64,000 nucleotides of DNA from contig OY969926.1 in NCBI GenBank assembly GCA_963704645.1, positions 1,056,001-1,120,000 on the forward strand. Reading direction: 5' to 3'. Positions 1 to 10,517 of the stretch are shown here, one piece after another (within the stretch, counting starts at the first letter, position 1; each line of letters begins with the position of its first letter). The DNA comes from an uncultured bacterium. Lineage in GTDB: Bacteria; Patescibacteriota; JACMRA01. Made by a program: the position numbers and the translations under genes. Under the pieces are notes generated by a model. The model was not told the DNA's origin. It ran no database searches and worked only from the letters and a program-made list of their open reading frames with translations.

Positions 1-2501
1 ATGCAAGTTGAGTTTAAAGAACCTAAGATACTAGAATTTGCTCCGTTTAAAACTAAACTAATTTCACCATTTGTTGAATCTACTAATTTTAAATTTAGAC
101 TGTTTCCATCAATTCCCGATACTCCATTGTTTTGAGTATTTGGGTCTTGCAGCGAGAATTCCACAACTGGTTTTCGGTTATTAGAAAGTACTGTTTGCCC
201 ATTAATATCCATGTTTTGAGAGTTCAATGAAACTGAAGTAACACTTGGAATTTCCTCTTCTCTGGTAATTTTTAATTGCTTTTCTTGTTGGTTAGAAACG
301 GAATCTGTGGAACGGAATTTAAACAAATTTTCGCCTAAACTAAGGCCGTAATTTTTTTGGAAAAAGTAATCTTGGTTTACTACATTGTTGAACGGCAAAT
401 TTTGATAATTACAGTTACCCGAAGAAATCTGACATTCTTCTAAACTAACATCATCACCAGACATAATCTGCCCAGAAATTGTAAAATTATTTTGGTTAAC
501 AAAAGCATTCTGGCTTGGTAAACTTATATTAATATTGCCAGGTGTATTATCAATAGAAATTACCAAATCTTCATTTTTAGTAATGTTTCCAGCTTTATCT
601 AAGGCATTAATTATAACCGAGTAAGTAGCGTCGGGAAGGTTTTGCAGGTTTTCGTCTTGGCCTTTAAAAATATGGTTAAAAGACTTGTTATTTCCAACAT
701 TAAAAGTTGATTTATCTAAGCCAGCGTTAGAATCAAACAAGCCTAAAGTGGCCGCGACATCTCCCGTCTGTACGTTCTTTAACTGGTAGAAAACTCTATC
801 CAAATTGGCTTCATCAACATCAAATTTAACATTTGTTTCATCTTTTATTCCATCATTATTTATTGGAGAAATTCTTGTAGCTGGTATACTTTGTCCATCT
901 TGAATTAAAGTTTGCCCAGTAATTACAGGAATTGTGGCGTCCATTATAGTACTTTTTGCCGAAGAAAACTGCCCAATATTTGCTCTATCAGGCTGGGATG
1001 CATCAACAGTATCTTTATTTCTGACTACAAAATAATACTTCTTTCCATCCTCCAAATTTCCAAACCCAAAGAAAGCAGAATCTTGATAATTGCCAGTTGC
1101 TCCAGGATCTATTCCGTCAGCACCTGTAGAAGAACAGCGAACAAAATCGGAACTGGTTGGCGTAGCTGAAGTTCCAGCATTAAATGGAGTTAGTGCACTT
1201 GGATCTATTCCGTCCGTTCTGCAAAAATCGTATTTTACAGGATTACTTAAACCACCTACATCACCACCATTTGTAGAGTTTACCAAAAGCTGATCACCCA
1301 CAGAAAATTCTGGTAAAGTAACAATTTCAGCAGGAACAGGCGCCGTTGTGTCTACTTTTAAGTAGGTAGAATTAGAATAACTTATAGCGCCAATATTATC
1401 TACACTTTTAGCATAAACTTTGTAGTAACCATCTTTTATATCTAAAGTTTGGTTGAACTCTGCTGTGCTAGGCCAATAAATATTTTGAGAAATTCCCACT
1501 GGCAAAGAAGCACCAGGCGGAGTAGCGGGTTCTAAAATAATTTCAGAAAGATTGTAGTCTCCCGGAGCCTGATCACCGTCACCGAAATTTGTAAATCTAA
1601 TTTGAACTTTGCAGCCATTATTTTGAACACAGTCTTGTTTTAAATCATCGTTTGGATCTAGTAGATTGTTAGTACGCACAATTCCACCAACATATGGCAG
1701 ACCACCGTGAGCATCGTTTGAACTTAGCAAACTAGAGTCTAAAACTGGAACATTTGGCGGGCTATTTAAAATATAATTAATACTTAAAGAAGTAGCAAAA
1801 CCATTGCAAAAACTGCTTCCACCATCAGGACCCACAATTCTTACTGAGCAAAGCCAAGAACCATTATTTGTAGAACTAGACCTAACAGCAATGCCATAAT
1901 TAGTACCACCTGTATACCAACTTCTTACAGCATTTGTTGCATCCAAACTAAAAGTTCTCACCCCAGAGCCAACGCTGACCGTACCGCCGTCATTAGAAAA
2001 TGAAGGCCTATTAGCCCAAGTTGCAGTAGAAGGATTCCAGTTTGCATCTATTTTGGAAGCATAAAGAGATGGATTAGCCGCGTTAAGAATTGAATGGCTA
2101 TATTGTTTTAAATTAATACTAGCTCCTGTAACAATTGCTCCAGCTGGCAAATTTGGATTATTAAATTTTATTAAAGAAATTGCTTGACCCAAAGAACCAC
2201 TATAGAAAGCATAACCAGCTCCAACATGGTCTCTAAAATACTGTGAACCAGATTGATTACTAACTATCATTACATCGTCTGCAACCGAAACATTGGCAGT
2301 TTGAGCTTTTACTGCAATTGGTTGAACCGACAAACTAACCAAAGCTAAAAGACTAGCAGCAAAAACAGCAAGCGAAATATAAGTATAAAACTTTGTTTTG
2401 TTAACTGCACTTTTGATCAAATTTAAGGTGGAAAACATGCAGATGGATAAATTTCTAAATAAAGCTTCTGGTAATTTCTTAAACGATTTCATAAACTGCA
2501 T
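1..2501 (-). CDS. Large secreted/surface protein with DNRLRE-like and Ig-like (Big) repeats; runs off the window's left edge
   Basis: Not in the ORF track (no stop in window). Manual minus-strand translation from ATG at 2501 (or 2492): signal-like YISLAVFAASLLALVSLSVQPIAVKA, then SLIKFNNPNLPAGAIVTGASINL...WNPSTATWANRP and Ig-like motifs such as DKAGNITK...SIDNTP; frame spot-checked near 600 and near 1. Confidence 0.75.
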   Translation of the reverse strand, partial: MQFMKSFKKLPEALFRNLSICMFSTLNLIKSAVNKTKFYTYISLAVFAASLLALVSLSVQPIAVKAQTANVSVADDVMIVSNQSGSQYFRDHVGAGYAFYSGSLGQAISLIKFNNPNLPAGAIVTGASINLKQYSHSILNAANPSLYASKIDANWNPSTATWANRPSFSNDGGTVSVGSGVRTFSLDATNAVRSWYTGGTNYGIAVRSSSTNNGSWLCSVRIVGPDGGSSFCNGFATSLSINYILNSPPNVPVLDSSLLSSNDAHGGLPYVGGIVRTNNLLDPNDDLKQDCVQNNGCKVQIRFTNFGDGDQAPGDYNLSEIILEPATPPGASLPVGISQNIYWPSTAEFNQTLDIKDGYYKVYAKSVDNIGAISYSNSTYLKVDTTAPVPAEIVTLPEFSVGDQLLVNSTNGGDVGGLSNPVKYDFCRTDGIDPSALTPFNAGTSATPTSSDFVRCSSTGADGIDPGATGNYQDSAFFGFGNLEDGKKYYFVVRNKDTVDASQPDRANIGQFSSAKSTIMDATIPVITGQTLIQDGQSIPATRISPINNDGIKDETNVKFDVDEANLDRVFYQLKNVQTGDVAATLGLFDSNAGLDKSTFNVGNNKSFNHIFKGQDENLQNLPDATYSVIINALDKAGNITKNEDLVISIDNTPGNINISLPSQNAFVNQNNFTISGQIMSGDDVSLEECQISSGNCNYQNLPFNNVVNQDYFFQKNYGLSLGENLFKFRSTDSVSNQQEKQLKITREEEIPSVTSVSLNSQNMDINGQTVLSNNRKPVVEFSLQDPNTQNNGVSGIDGNSLNLKLVDSTNGEISLVLNGANSSILGSLNSTC

Positions 2502-2777
2502 AAATATTTGTAACTAAAATAAATTTGACTGAGGTATGCACAATTACATTATTTAAGCAAATAAAAAGTTAGCAAATTGCACCAAAAAACTATAAAATGT
2601 ATTATAACATTACAATTTAAACATTGCAAATAAATTTATAACTTATTATATTTTAGCTTAACTACACATTATTTTAATTAGAAAGCAACTGTTAAAACAA
2701 ACGATAAATTCTTTTCTAGAAAATATATGCCCAGATTTTAAATTTACAACAACATTAAATTCTTTTAAAATACAAAT

Positions 2778-3188
2778 ATGAATCCAAACGAGTTTTATAC
2801 TCCGCCCAGTGTTGAAATTAACAATTCTGACCCAAATAATTTGGGTAATATACCAAGTTCTGTAAATCAAGTTAGCGGCTTCGAAAAAAAGAATGATTTT
2901 GCCAGAAGTGTTCAAAAAAGCAGAGTGCTAAAAAAATCTACCAAAATGGTAATTAATACCAGAGAACAATTAACTGCATATCTTCGCCAAAGTAACCTAG
3001 ATTTATTAACATCTTCTGTAGAATTTAAAGAAACTGGAGACTTTATTATTAGCAGTTACGTTGTATATAAAGACCATAACAATTTCAAAGAAAATTTAAG
3101 TGTTTTTATTGAAAGATACCCTACCCTAAAACCAGCCGTAGAAGCAATACGTGATATGCTTAAACCTGTGCAGGGGCAGTTTTTGTAA
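2778..3188 (+). CDS. Hypothetical protein
   Basis: 136-aa ORF with normal composition; no motif recognised. Confidence 0.6.
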   Translation: MNPNEFYTPPSVEINNSDPNNLGNIPSSVNQVSGFEKKNDFARSVQKSRVLKKSTKMVINTREQLTAYLRQSNLDLLTSSVEFKETGDFIISSYVVYKDHNNFKENLSVFIERYPTLKPAVEAIRDMLKPVQGQFL

Positions 3189-3360
3189 AAGATTACAAAC
3201 TAAAATATAGATTATTTTTTAAAAGAGTTTTGTAGGTTGAGCCTCATTCTAGTAAATAAACCAACTTAACAGATTTGGTTGAGCTTAAGTCACGTAAATC
3301 ACACGCTCTTAAATTTGGTTATTGAATCATAATTTTTAAAGACTTTCTAAATTCGCCCGA

Positions 3361-3390
3361 TTGACATTTCCCGTAAACAGTCCTGATATT
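3361..3390 (+). promoter_or_regulatory. Putative sigma70 promoter of frr
   Basis: TTGACA at 3361, 17-nt spacer, TGATAT at 3384; ATG at 3399. Confidence 0.45.
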
Positions 3391-3398
3391 AAAGTATT

Positions 3399-3944
3399 AT
3401 GAGCAACTATCAATATTTATCAGCTGAAAAAATTATAGATCATTTAAAGAAAAAGCTTACCTCCATTCGCACAGGAAGAGTAAATTCTACAGTTTTAGAT
3501 CACATTTTAATTCCAGCATATGGTGACAAAATGAACATTCAATCTATTGCCACAATTAACATTCCTGAACCTGGCCAACTTTTAATTACTCCGTTCGACA
3601 AAGGTTTAAACCAAGCCATTGAAAAAGCTATTTTTGACGCTAACATTGGTGCCAGCCCTGTAAATGACGGAGCCGGAATAAGACTAACTTTTCCTCCACT
3701 TACAGAAGAAAGCAGAATGAAAAGAGCTAAGGAAGTTAATTTATACGAGGAAGAAATGAAAATTACGGTAAGGAATGAAAGGCAAGATTTAATTAAGCAT
3801 TTAAAAACCCAAAAAGATGCTGGTGAAATTAGCGAAGACGAACAAAAACGCCAAGAAACAATTATTCAAAAAGAAGTTGATGCAATTAACAAAGAAGTAG
3901 AAGCACTTTGCGAAGAAAAGAAAAAAGATTTAATGAAGGTTTAG
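3399..3944 (+). CDS. frr: Ribosome recycling factor
   Basis: IRTGR, LLITPFDK, P.NDG..IRL.FPPLTEE, VRNER, GEISEDE motifs. Confidence 0.97.
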   Translation: MSNYQYLSAEKIIDHLKKKLTSIRTGRVNSTVLDHILIPAYGDKMNIQSIATINIPEPGQLLITPFDKGLNQAIEKAIFDANIGASPVNDGAGIRLTFPPLTEESRMKRAKEVNLYEEEMKITVRNERQDLIKHLKTQKDAGEISEDEQKRQETIIQKEVDAINKEVEALCEEKKKDLMKV

Positions 3945-3975
3945 AATAGTCTGTTTTAAATAACGACCGAGCTTT

Positions 3976-4011
3976 GAGCCAGTCACCCTGAACTCGTTTC
4001 AGGGTCTAAGT
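3976..4011 (+). repeat. Palindromic intergenic repeat family A (GTCACCCTGAAYTYRTTTCAGGGYCTA), empty copy 1
   Basis: gagccagtcaccctgaactcgtttcagggtctaag; hairpin ACCCTGAA/TTCAGGGT; further copies at 4896, 12052, 25731. Confidence 0.9.
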
Positions 4012-4060
4012 GCTAAAACCAACAAAAGCCTAAGACTCAAGACGAAACAGCCTCAAAACC

Positions 4061-4789
4061 CTACTTATCAAAAAAATTGGCCTGTGTAGCATCTTGGGTT
4101 GGAATAGTCGGGTCAGAAGTATCAGCTATTACTTCTGGTTGAACTGGGAACGGGTTAAACGGTTGTTGTAGAATAGGATTATTTCTAAAGGGGGTATTTC
4201 TTTTAGCTTGAATTGCGTTGTTAATAATTTGCTGAGTTCTCGCCAATTCCTGTTCTTTAGTAAGCACAATTTGCATTGCATTTAAAGGGTTTTTATCTAC
4301 AATTTCCTTCAATGACTGAATTTGTCTTATCTTGTCTTTAGAACCTTGCTGGCTAAAATCGATGAAAGCATTTTTGTCTTTAGCCTTTTGGGTATTAATT
4401 CTATCTGTCCAAGTTTTTAAAATGGCGTTGTAATTTAAAGTTGCCAGTTTATCGTTCAAATCGTCTAAAACAGGGAAGCGCGTATACACCATTGCCTTTG
4501 GCTTAGTGTTATATAATAAAAATTTTAAAACGTAAATTTCACTGTCTCTGCCGTTGAATCTTCCCAAAGCTAAGTAAGCCCCCACCCCAATAACAGGTAA
4601 ACAGGGAATAATTGCATAGAATCCAACTCCTGGCGAGGCTTGATTAACCAAACTAAATATTAATACGGAAGTAAGTGCGGCACCCAAGGCATAACCGAAC
4701 TGCCTAAGGTTCATTCCAAAAATAATTTTATCACCGGAATCTAAAAACTGCGGAATTTGATAAGAAGCCACAACCCTACTATACCCCAC
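4061..4789 (-). CDS. PrgI-family membrane protein
   Basis: YQIPQFLDSGDKIIFGMNLRQF followed by two TM helices and a GR...Y...PK motif. Confidence 0.75.
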   Translation of the reverse strand: MGYSRVVASYQIPQFLDSGDKIIFGMNLRQFGYALGAALTSVLIFSLVNQASPGVGFYAIIPCLPVIGVGAYLALGRFNGRDSEIYVLKFLLYNTKPKAMVYTRFPVLDDLNDKLATLNYNAILKTWTDRINTQKAKDKNAFIDFSQQGSKDKIRQIQSLKEIVDKNPLNAMQIVLTKEQELARTQQIINNAIQAKRNTPFRNNPILQQPFNPFPVQPEVIADTSDPTIPTQDATQANFFDK

Positions 4790-4895
4790 TTTTCACAAAT
4801 TGAAAACCCACCATTTTTTCTTAAACTTTCGAGTTGTTACTGTGAAATAGTAAACATGTCACCCCAAATTTCTAAGCACATCACACCAAGCTATT

Positions 4896-4931
4896 GAGCC
4901 TGTCACCCCTGAATTTATTTCAGGGTCTAAG
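4896..4931 (+). repeat. Palindromic repeat family A, empty copy 2
   Basis: gagcctgtcacccctgaatttatttcagggtctaag. Confidence 0.9.
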
Positions 4932-5027
4932 TATAATAATACACTAACACTATAACTTGCCAGCCACCAAGAAACATGCTTATATGGTTAAGTAAACGGG
5001 TTAAAGCATTTTAGAGGAAAAGAGTTT

Positions 5028-5462
5028 ATGAGAAACATTAATAGAGGAACTTGGATTGCTGGTGGAGTTACATTCGCAATTGTTGCTTTCTTGTTTTGGT
5101 TAACTTGCATTTACGCTCCGTTTTGGAAGACTCCCCCTTCTACACAGGCTGTCATTATTCAAGATCTTACTATTACAAGTAGTATTGCGAAGAAATACTT
5201 AGTAGAAATGGGAAATACCTCAGGTACTGTTGTAATAAGGTTAGACCAACAAACTGGAACTGCATATTTTGGCTGGGGAGATAGTTTTATAAATGAATTG
5301 TCACCGCTTAATTTTGCTTTAGTCGTTCGTTATCAAGGTGCCTTAAAAACAATTCAATTTACAGAGAAGGGCAAACCTTTACCTATATCAATCAATTCAT
5401 TGTTGTTAAAAAATTTAAGCATTAACGATGTGAGCTTATCCTATATCGTTATTTCTAAATAG
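5028..5462 (+). CDS. Hypothetical membrane-anchored protein
   Basis: N-terminal TM helix, SD-like GAGGA upstream, hairpin plus T-run at about 5477-5510. Confidence 0.6.
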   Translation: MRNINRGTWIAGGVTFAIVAFLFWLTCIYAPFWKTPPSTQAVIIQDLTITSSIAKKYLVEMGNTSGTVVIRLDQQTGTAYFGWGDSFINELSPLNFALVVRYQGALKTIQFTEKGKPLPISINSLLLKNLSINDVSLSYIVISK

Positions 5463-5522
5463 TAACTTAAAGCAAATAGATCTTCATGTCGGGGGTCTAT
5501 TTTTATTTTCTAAAAACTCAAC

Positions 5523-6263
5523 CTACCTACCCTTACCCCAAATTAAATAAAACATATTCTTGAATAAATTCACTATTTCTTCGTCTTCAATTTCTATAAC
5601 TTCCTCTTTTGTTGGGTTTAAAATTAACATTTTTTGCTTAGAATATATTCCAAATATGGCTTTCGAGTTGTGAATATTTTCCACTAGTTTAATTTCTCTT
5701 TTTTCGCTTTTATCTGCTTCTTGTATGTTTCTATTAAAACTGTTATTAGAGGAAATTACTTTGGCTTTCACTTTAGTCTGTCTTCGGCTAATCCAATTTT
5801 TGGAGTAATCTTCCCCAAGTAAATTGAACACACCTTTAACATCACCAAAGGTTAGCAAATCTTGATCTACATTTTTTAAAACTCCATCGTAAATTCTTTG
5901 GAAATTCAATCTTCCTTTGTGAACTGTAACTCCAGATTTAGCCCTGCCATTTTTCCACATAAATTCCCAGTCTTCAATGTCTTTATGCAAACTAAACTGG
6001 GTTTTAGCTAAATTGCTTGCTTCAATTTCTAGCAAGTTTAAAATTACAGCTGGTGAAGCTGGCAGCCAACTTAAGCCTTGCTTGGTTACAACTCCTTTTT
6101 TTAACATTTCATTTAAGTTTTGATACAAAGTTTTTCGGCTTATACCAAGTACTAAAGCCAATTTAGAAATATTTTCAGACTTTTTTTCTAGTAAATCAAA
6201 ATATATTTTTACTTCTATTTGGTTTAAACCTAGTTTCTGTAAACTTTCTTGTAGCGAGTTCAT
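5523..6263 (-). CDS. TrmB-family transcriptional regulator
   Basis: LQKLGL..E.KIY..LL winged-HTH N-terminus (SRKTLY..L..M..KG.V) and a TrmB-like C-terminal domain ending F..MF..IW. Confidence 0.85.
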   Translation of the reverse strand: MNSLQESLQKLGLNQIEVKIYFDLLEKKSENISKLALVLGISRKTLYQNLNEMLKKGVVTKQGLSWLPASPAVILNLLEIEASNLAKTQFSLHKDIEDWEFMWKNGRAKSGVTVHKGRLNFQRIYDGVLKNVDQDLLTFGDVKGVFNLLGEDYSKNWISRRQTKVKAKVISSNNSFNRNIQEADKSEKREIKLVENIHNSKAIFGIYSKQKMLILNPTKEEVIEIEDEEIVNLFKNMFYLIWGKGR

Positions 6264-6495
6264 AATAAAAACTTAAGCATATTGTTTCTTAAAAGTAAAC
6301 AGTATTTGATTAATTAAATTCTTATTTGTTTGATAATCTTAATAATTTTGCAGAATAACTTAATTTTAGTAACTTTAATTTAAACAGTAAATTGGTAAAA
6401 ATTATTGTAAATTATTTCTATTAAAATATTCCTGAAAACAAAACTTATGCTTTAGTTTAGGATAAAATTTAGAACTTAGAGAGGTTTGCTTAACA

Positions 6496-6759
6496 ATGCC
6501 AGAAATTTCTGAAGATTTAAAATTGAGAATCTATCATCACATTCTTATTACTATGAAAGCAACTAACCCTAGTGAAGCTGCTTATTGTTTTAAAGTGGTC
6601 TGCCCTGCAAATGGTTTGGGAGAAATTACAGATGACCAGGCAGAAACTTTGGTTGCTGAAATGAATGCCTACTTGGTAAAAGTTGGTAATCCTACTGTTA
6701 TTGCTGAAACTGCAGCTTTGGATATACTATCCAATATATTTGGAGGTGACATATCATGA
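6496..6759 (+). CDS. Hypothetical protein
   Basis: 87-aa ORF with GAGAGG SD; ATGA overlap with the next ORF. Confidence 0.6.
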   Translation: MPEISEDLKLRIYHHILITMKATNPSEAAYCFKVVCPANGLGEITDDQAETLVAEMNAYLVKVGNPTVIAETAALDILSNIFGGDIS

Positions 6760-7166
6760 TTGAAAATATCCAGCCAACGCCAACAGATTTACCTACAAAT
6801 CTAACTGATGAGGAAAAAGCCCATGCTGTTTTTGGCATCATTTCAGAGGAATACGATGGCTCGCTTAGAACTGTCGAAACTTTTGGAATACCTTTTCCAG
6901 AATGTGAATCTAAAACTGCCCTATCAAAGCTTCATTTCCTTGAGCCACTGGCTACAATTTACGATTTAGTTTGTCTTGGCAATTGGGAAGAGCTTGTAAG
7001 CTTTATTCTAGCAAACAAGGTTTACAACTATATTTGTATGGAAATCCGATCAGTTGCTTGGGAAAATAATAGGGTTAAAATTGAACTAGTGGCTAAGATT
7101 GAAATTCTACATTTCACATTACATCCTGGAGACGAAATGTATGATTTACTAAATGAAATCTTTTAG
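6756..7166 (+). CDS. Hypothetical protein
   Basis: 136-aa ORF with GGAGGTG SD, coupled to the upstream ORF. Confidence 0.6.
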   Translation: MIENIQPTPTDLPTNLTDEEKAHAVFGIISEEYDGSLRTVETFGIPFPECESKTALSKLHFLEPLATIYDLVCLGNWEELVSFILANKVYNYICMEIRSVAWENNRVKIELVAKIEILHFTLHPGDEMYDLLNEIF

Positions 7167-7275
7167 ATTCGATTATGTAAAAGTTTAGTACTTAGACTGT
7201 ACTTCAACGCCCTGAAAATATAAATTCTTTAATTTATACAACAGAGCGTTTTTTTTGTTGGTTTAATTTTGAAAG

Positions 7276-7587
7276 TTATTTCATCCAAAAGAGCTTACCT
7301 TCAATTTCAATTTTACTTTTTAATTTTAAATTATCTAAGTTTTCCCATTGCAAAACATCAAACAAATAAGGTATTCTTAATTCATTTAATTCCTGTTTAA
7401 TTTTGAATATATCTAATTTTATATTGGAAAATAGACACAAATCTATATCGGAATATTCTTTAAAATCTCCCCTAGCCCGAGACCCAAAAATTATTAATTT
7501 GGATATTTCTGGTATTCTTTCAAAATAATTTTGAATTACCTCAATTTCCTTATTTTGCAAGCCGAATTTTATATTTTGTGCTGACAT
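7276..7587 (-). CDS. Minimal nucleotidyltransferase (MNT) antitoxin-like protein
   Basis: FGSRARGD...SDIDL motif, 103 aa. Confidence 0.92.
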   Translation of the reverse strand: MSAQNIKFGLQNKEIEVIQNYFERIPEISKLIIFGSRARGDFKEYSDIDLCLFSNIKLDIFKIKQELNELRIPYLFDVLQWENLDNLKLKSKIEIEGKLFWMK

Positions 7588-7981
7588 ATTTTTGCAAAGA
7601 AATTAACTCTGGGTAAAATTGATTATATATTTTGGGGAAAATAGCCTGAATTTCCTGCTCGTCGTAGTTATGACTAGAATAATTTCTAGTGGTTAACATC
7701 TCATCCCAAATATAAAAATCTGATAGAATATTGGCTTTTACTGCCTCCTTAATACTTTCCCTAGGTGTTTTAGTAACAATCTGTTCAAATTCTAAAATAT
7801 CTTTAACCAGCTTCCAAGCCAGCTCAATTGTAAATTCATATCTTTGAAAATAAGCATCACGGGTAATTTCATCTATTTCAGAAATATTTTTTAAGTGAAT
7901 CTCAGAAAGCTTCGCCAAGGCTTTAGAATAGTTACTAAACCTATCTACAATTTTTTCAGAATTAGCTGGAATGTTTGTCAT
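7550..7981 (-). CDS. HEPN (HI0074-family nucleotidyltransferase substrate-binding) protein, partner of MNT
   Basis: DAYFQRYEFTIELAWK, PRESIK and RNYSSHNY (RX4H). Start reassigned to ATG at 7981 because the longer track ORF runs through a repeat. Confidence 0.9.
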   Translation of the reverse strand: MTNIPANSEKIVDRFSNYSKALAKLSEIHLKNISEIDEITRDAYFQRYEFTIELAWKLVKDILEFEQIVTKTPRESIKEAVKANILSDFYIWDEMLTTRNYSSHNYDEQEIQAIFPKIYNQFYPELISLQKYVSTKYKIRLAK

Positions 7982-8057
7982 TATAAAGGTATAATTAGTA
8001 GGAAGGTGATACTTTGTCAAAAGATTAGCAAATTTATAAGTTCCACAAAAAATGTAA

Positions 8058-8111
8058 TAGGAGGTTTGCGGTGAAGGCCTAGAGGGTGACGACGAGGGGT
8101 TCGCCCCTACA
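8058..8111 (-). repeat. GTAG-type REP-like element
   Basis: Reverse strand reads GTAGGGGCGAACCC; the same 14-mer lies at 12202-12215. Confidence 0.65.
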
Positions 8112-8117
8112 CTATCT

Positions 8118-8663
8118 TTGACAACACCACCCTTCTCAACTTTACCCAAATGGATGCCAGATTTTGATGGTCTTTTTGAATTATACTACCCAAAAATATA
8201 TGGGTACTTTTTTCGTAGAGTTTCCAGCAGATCTGACGTTGAAGATTTAACCATGGTAACCCTTACCAATTTCTTTGAAGTTTTAAAGAAGAAAGATCTA
8301 GAAAACCAACAAGGTTATTTGTGGAAAATTGCTCATAATCAATTGGTGAATTTCTATAATTTTAACTCTAAACAGAAAATGATAATTGGCTTTGAAGATA
8401 TTGAAAGTATTGAAAAATATATAAATTTTGATATTGAAGAAAGCCGTTCACCCTATTTTAAAATGAGAATAGAAAGTTTACTTATTTGTTTAGAGAAAAA
8501 TTTAGACACCAAAGATTACCATTTGGTTCAAGCTTCTATTTTTGAAGAAAAAAACTCGGTTGAACTTTCTGCAGAATTTGGACTAAAACCAGAAAACATT
8601 AGGCAAAGACTTTCAAGAATATTTAAAAAGGTTAAAGAAAAATGTAAAAAAATTTGGAATTAA
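8118..8663 (+). CDS. ECF-type RNA polymerase sigma factor (true start likely about 8150-8154)
   Basis: F..LFELYYPKIYGYF.RRV...DVEDL, YLWKIAHN, and region 4 ELSAEFGL..ENIRQRLSR. Confidence 0.9.
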   Translation: MTTPPFSTLPKWMPDFDGLFELYYPKIYGYFFRRVSSRSDVEDLTMVTLTNFFEVLKKKDLENQQGYLWKIAHNQLVNFYNFNSKQKMIIGFEDIESIEKYINFDIEESRSPYFKMRIESLLICLEKNLDTKDYHLVQASIFEEKNSVELSAEFGLKPENIRQRLSRIFKKVKEKCKKIWN

Positions 8664-8683
8664 TTAAGTGCTGAAATTTAAAT

Positions 8684-10375
8684 GTGTCACACTTGTTCCA
8701 AAATATTGTCTATACTTATAAGCCAATAAAAATGCTTCAAAACAATCATCCCAAACCTTTAGAAGAAAACAAGAAAACTTCTAACCAGAACCCTTTTAGT
8801 AAGGAAGAAGTCTTGCAAGACTGGTTAGAAAACGATGTTGATTATTTAAGGTTTAAGAGGGTGGCGATGAAGCAACTAAGGCCAAAGAACAATATATTTA
8901 TGTCCATCCAACAATCTTATTTAAGTTTTGTACACTTAATTACTAAAAATGCCATTGTGGCAACCTTACTAATGCTAATTTCTGCAGGTGCAGTTTCTGC
9001 CTCAGCTTTTGAAGCTTTTGCTCCAGCTGAATACAAACCAAGTACAATTATTCAAAAAACCTTCAACCCTAAGGATTTTGCTGTAAACACAGTTAAAGAA
9101 AAAAACCCTTACACTCCATTAAATTACGACGAAAGTAATAATGTAGCTTTCTTAAGCGAGTGCGATTTAGCTATTAAATACCCTGCTAAATATTCCGATG
9201 GAGAGCCTAGCACGTATTATAGATATTCTAATACTTCAGACCAAGCTGAATCTATCTACATTTCTTCCACCGATCAAAACAAAACAGATTCATATACAGG
9301 TGTAGGAATTACTTGTCTTAAAGACACAACCCTACTTAGCGGCTTAAAATCTGATATAGTAGAAGACGGCCAACCTGCTAGATCTGTTTATGGAAAAGAA
9401 TTAAAAATAGATGGAACCCAATTTATTAAAGACAATCTTGGTTGGTTTATTACTCAGTCAGAGTTAAAAAATGTTAGAATTTACCAGAACACATTTAACA
9501 ATGAGGAATACACAATTTATTTTGAATACAATAATTTATATTATTTAGTTGGCTACCAAACTTCTAATTACACTTTTAATAAATTAGAAACTTCAAGAAA
9601 AGTTAGCGTAGTTAAAGGTTCGGATATTCAAGTTCAATTTATTTCTTTGGTGAATAGCCAAGCCAATAAAACAATTGTGGACGGAACAGGAAAAGTAATT
9701 GACCAAGAAACAATAGCCACCGCTTCAAAAGCAATTATTGTTGAACCAAAAGACAAAGAACTTGTAAAAATGTCTAATGATGTACCATATGTAACGGATG
9801 GTTACGGACAAAATGGAATTTGTGGAGTTTTAGGTGTTACTACTTACAAATACGAGGGCGACCGCCCAGGAGGATATATGCAAATTACAAGTTCTAAATT
9901 AAATTTGGATGATATGCAAAAGAAAAGCTATAACCGTTTTAACGATTTCTTAGACGGAAAAGTTGGTTATAACCCTGATTTTGCAAACGGTATTAATTAT
10001 TTGGAACAGTTCTCTTCATCATGCTCTGGGATTGCGGCCTATACTTCCTTTATTAACGCTCCACAAATTGCTTACCCTAAAACTGACAAAGTAAAAGTGG
10101 TTTACACACTTGCTGGCCAAGCCGAAATAACAGGCCCAGTAGTTTTAGTTTTTGCTTCCAAAGGTGACAACCAAATTTTATTAGAAGATTATATTTCTGA
10201 AATTAAATACCCTCAAATTCCAGCAGCTGTTAAATGTGGCTATAATGTTGAAGATGCAACTAAAAGCAATTTTAACAGGGAATGTTACGAGAATATTTTA
10301 AGAAATGATCCTATGTTAAAAACAATCATGGATCAAGCAGCTAAAGATTTAGTGAAAACTTTTGAGTTAAAATAA
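8684..10375 (+). CDS. Single-pass membrane protein with large extracellular domain, putative anti-sigma factor
   Basis: Directly downstream of the ECF sigma; short cytoplasmic N-terminus, one hydrophobic helix (AIVATLLMLISAGAVSASA), about 450-aa polar C-terminal region. Confidence 0.6.
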   Translation: MSHLFQNIVYTYKPIKMLQNNHPKPLEENKKTSNQNPFSKEEVLQDWLENDVDYLRFKRVAMKQLRPKNNIFMSIQQSYLSFVHLITKNAIVATLLMLISAGAVSASAFEAFAPAEYKPSTIIQKTFNPKDFAVNTVKEKNPYTPLNYDESNNVAFLSECDLAIKYPAKYSDGEPSTYYRYSNTSDQAESIYISSTDQNKTDSYTGVGITCLKDTTLLSGLKSDIVEDGQPARSVYGKELKIDGTQFIKDNLGWFITQSELKNVRIYQNTFNNEEYTIYFEYNNLYYLVGYQTSNYTFNKLETSRKVSVVKGSDIQVQFISLVNSQANKTIVDGTGKVIDQETIATASKAIIVEPKDKELVKMSNDVPYVTDGYGQNGICGVLGVTTYKYEGDRPGGYMQITSSKLNLDDMQKKSYNRFNDFLDGKVGYNPDFANGINYLEQFSSSCSGIAAYTSFINAPQIAYPKTDKVKVVYTLAGQAEITGPVVLVFASKGDNQILLEDYISEIKYPQIPAAVKCGYNVEDATKSNFNRECYENILRNDPMLKTIMDQAAKDLVKTFELK

Positions 10376-10517
10376 TTCAATAGTCTAACCTGAATAGGAG
10401 AATGAAGCCTTCCCCTACAAGCCTCAGAGAAATCTGGGGTTTTGTTTTTGTTATAAAATTGACACTTTTGACTAATAGACGGACAGTGTGTTTGCTGTAA
10501 TTTTGGAAGTATTTTAA

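Noticed and set aside
912-1293. Short plus-strand ORFs, and similar track ORFs antisense to long genes (e.g. 21223, 39780, 55526, 61094, 63011)
   Set aside because: Shadows of genuine genes on the opposite strand.
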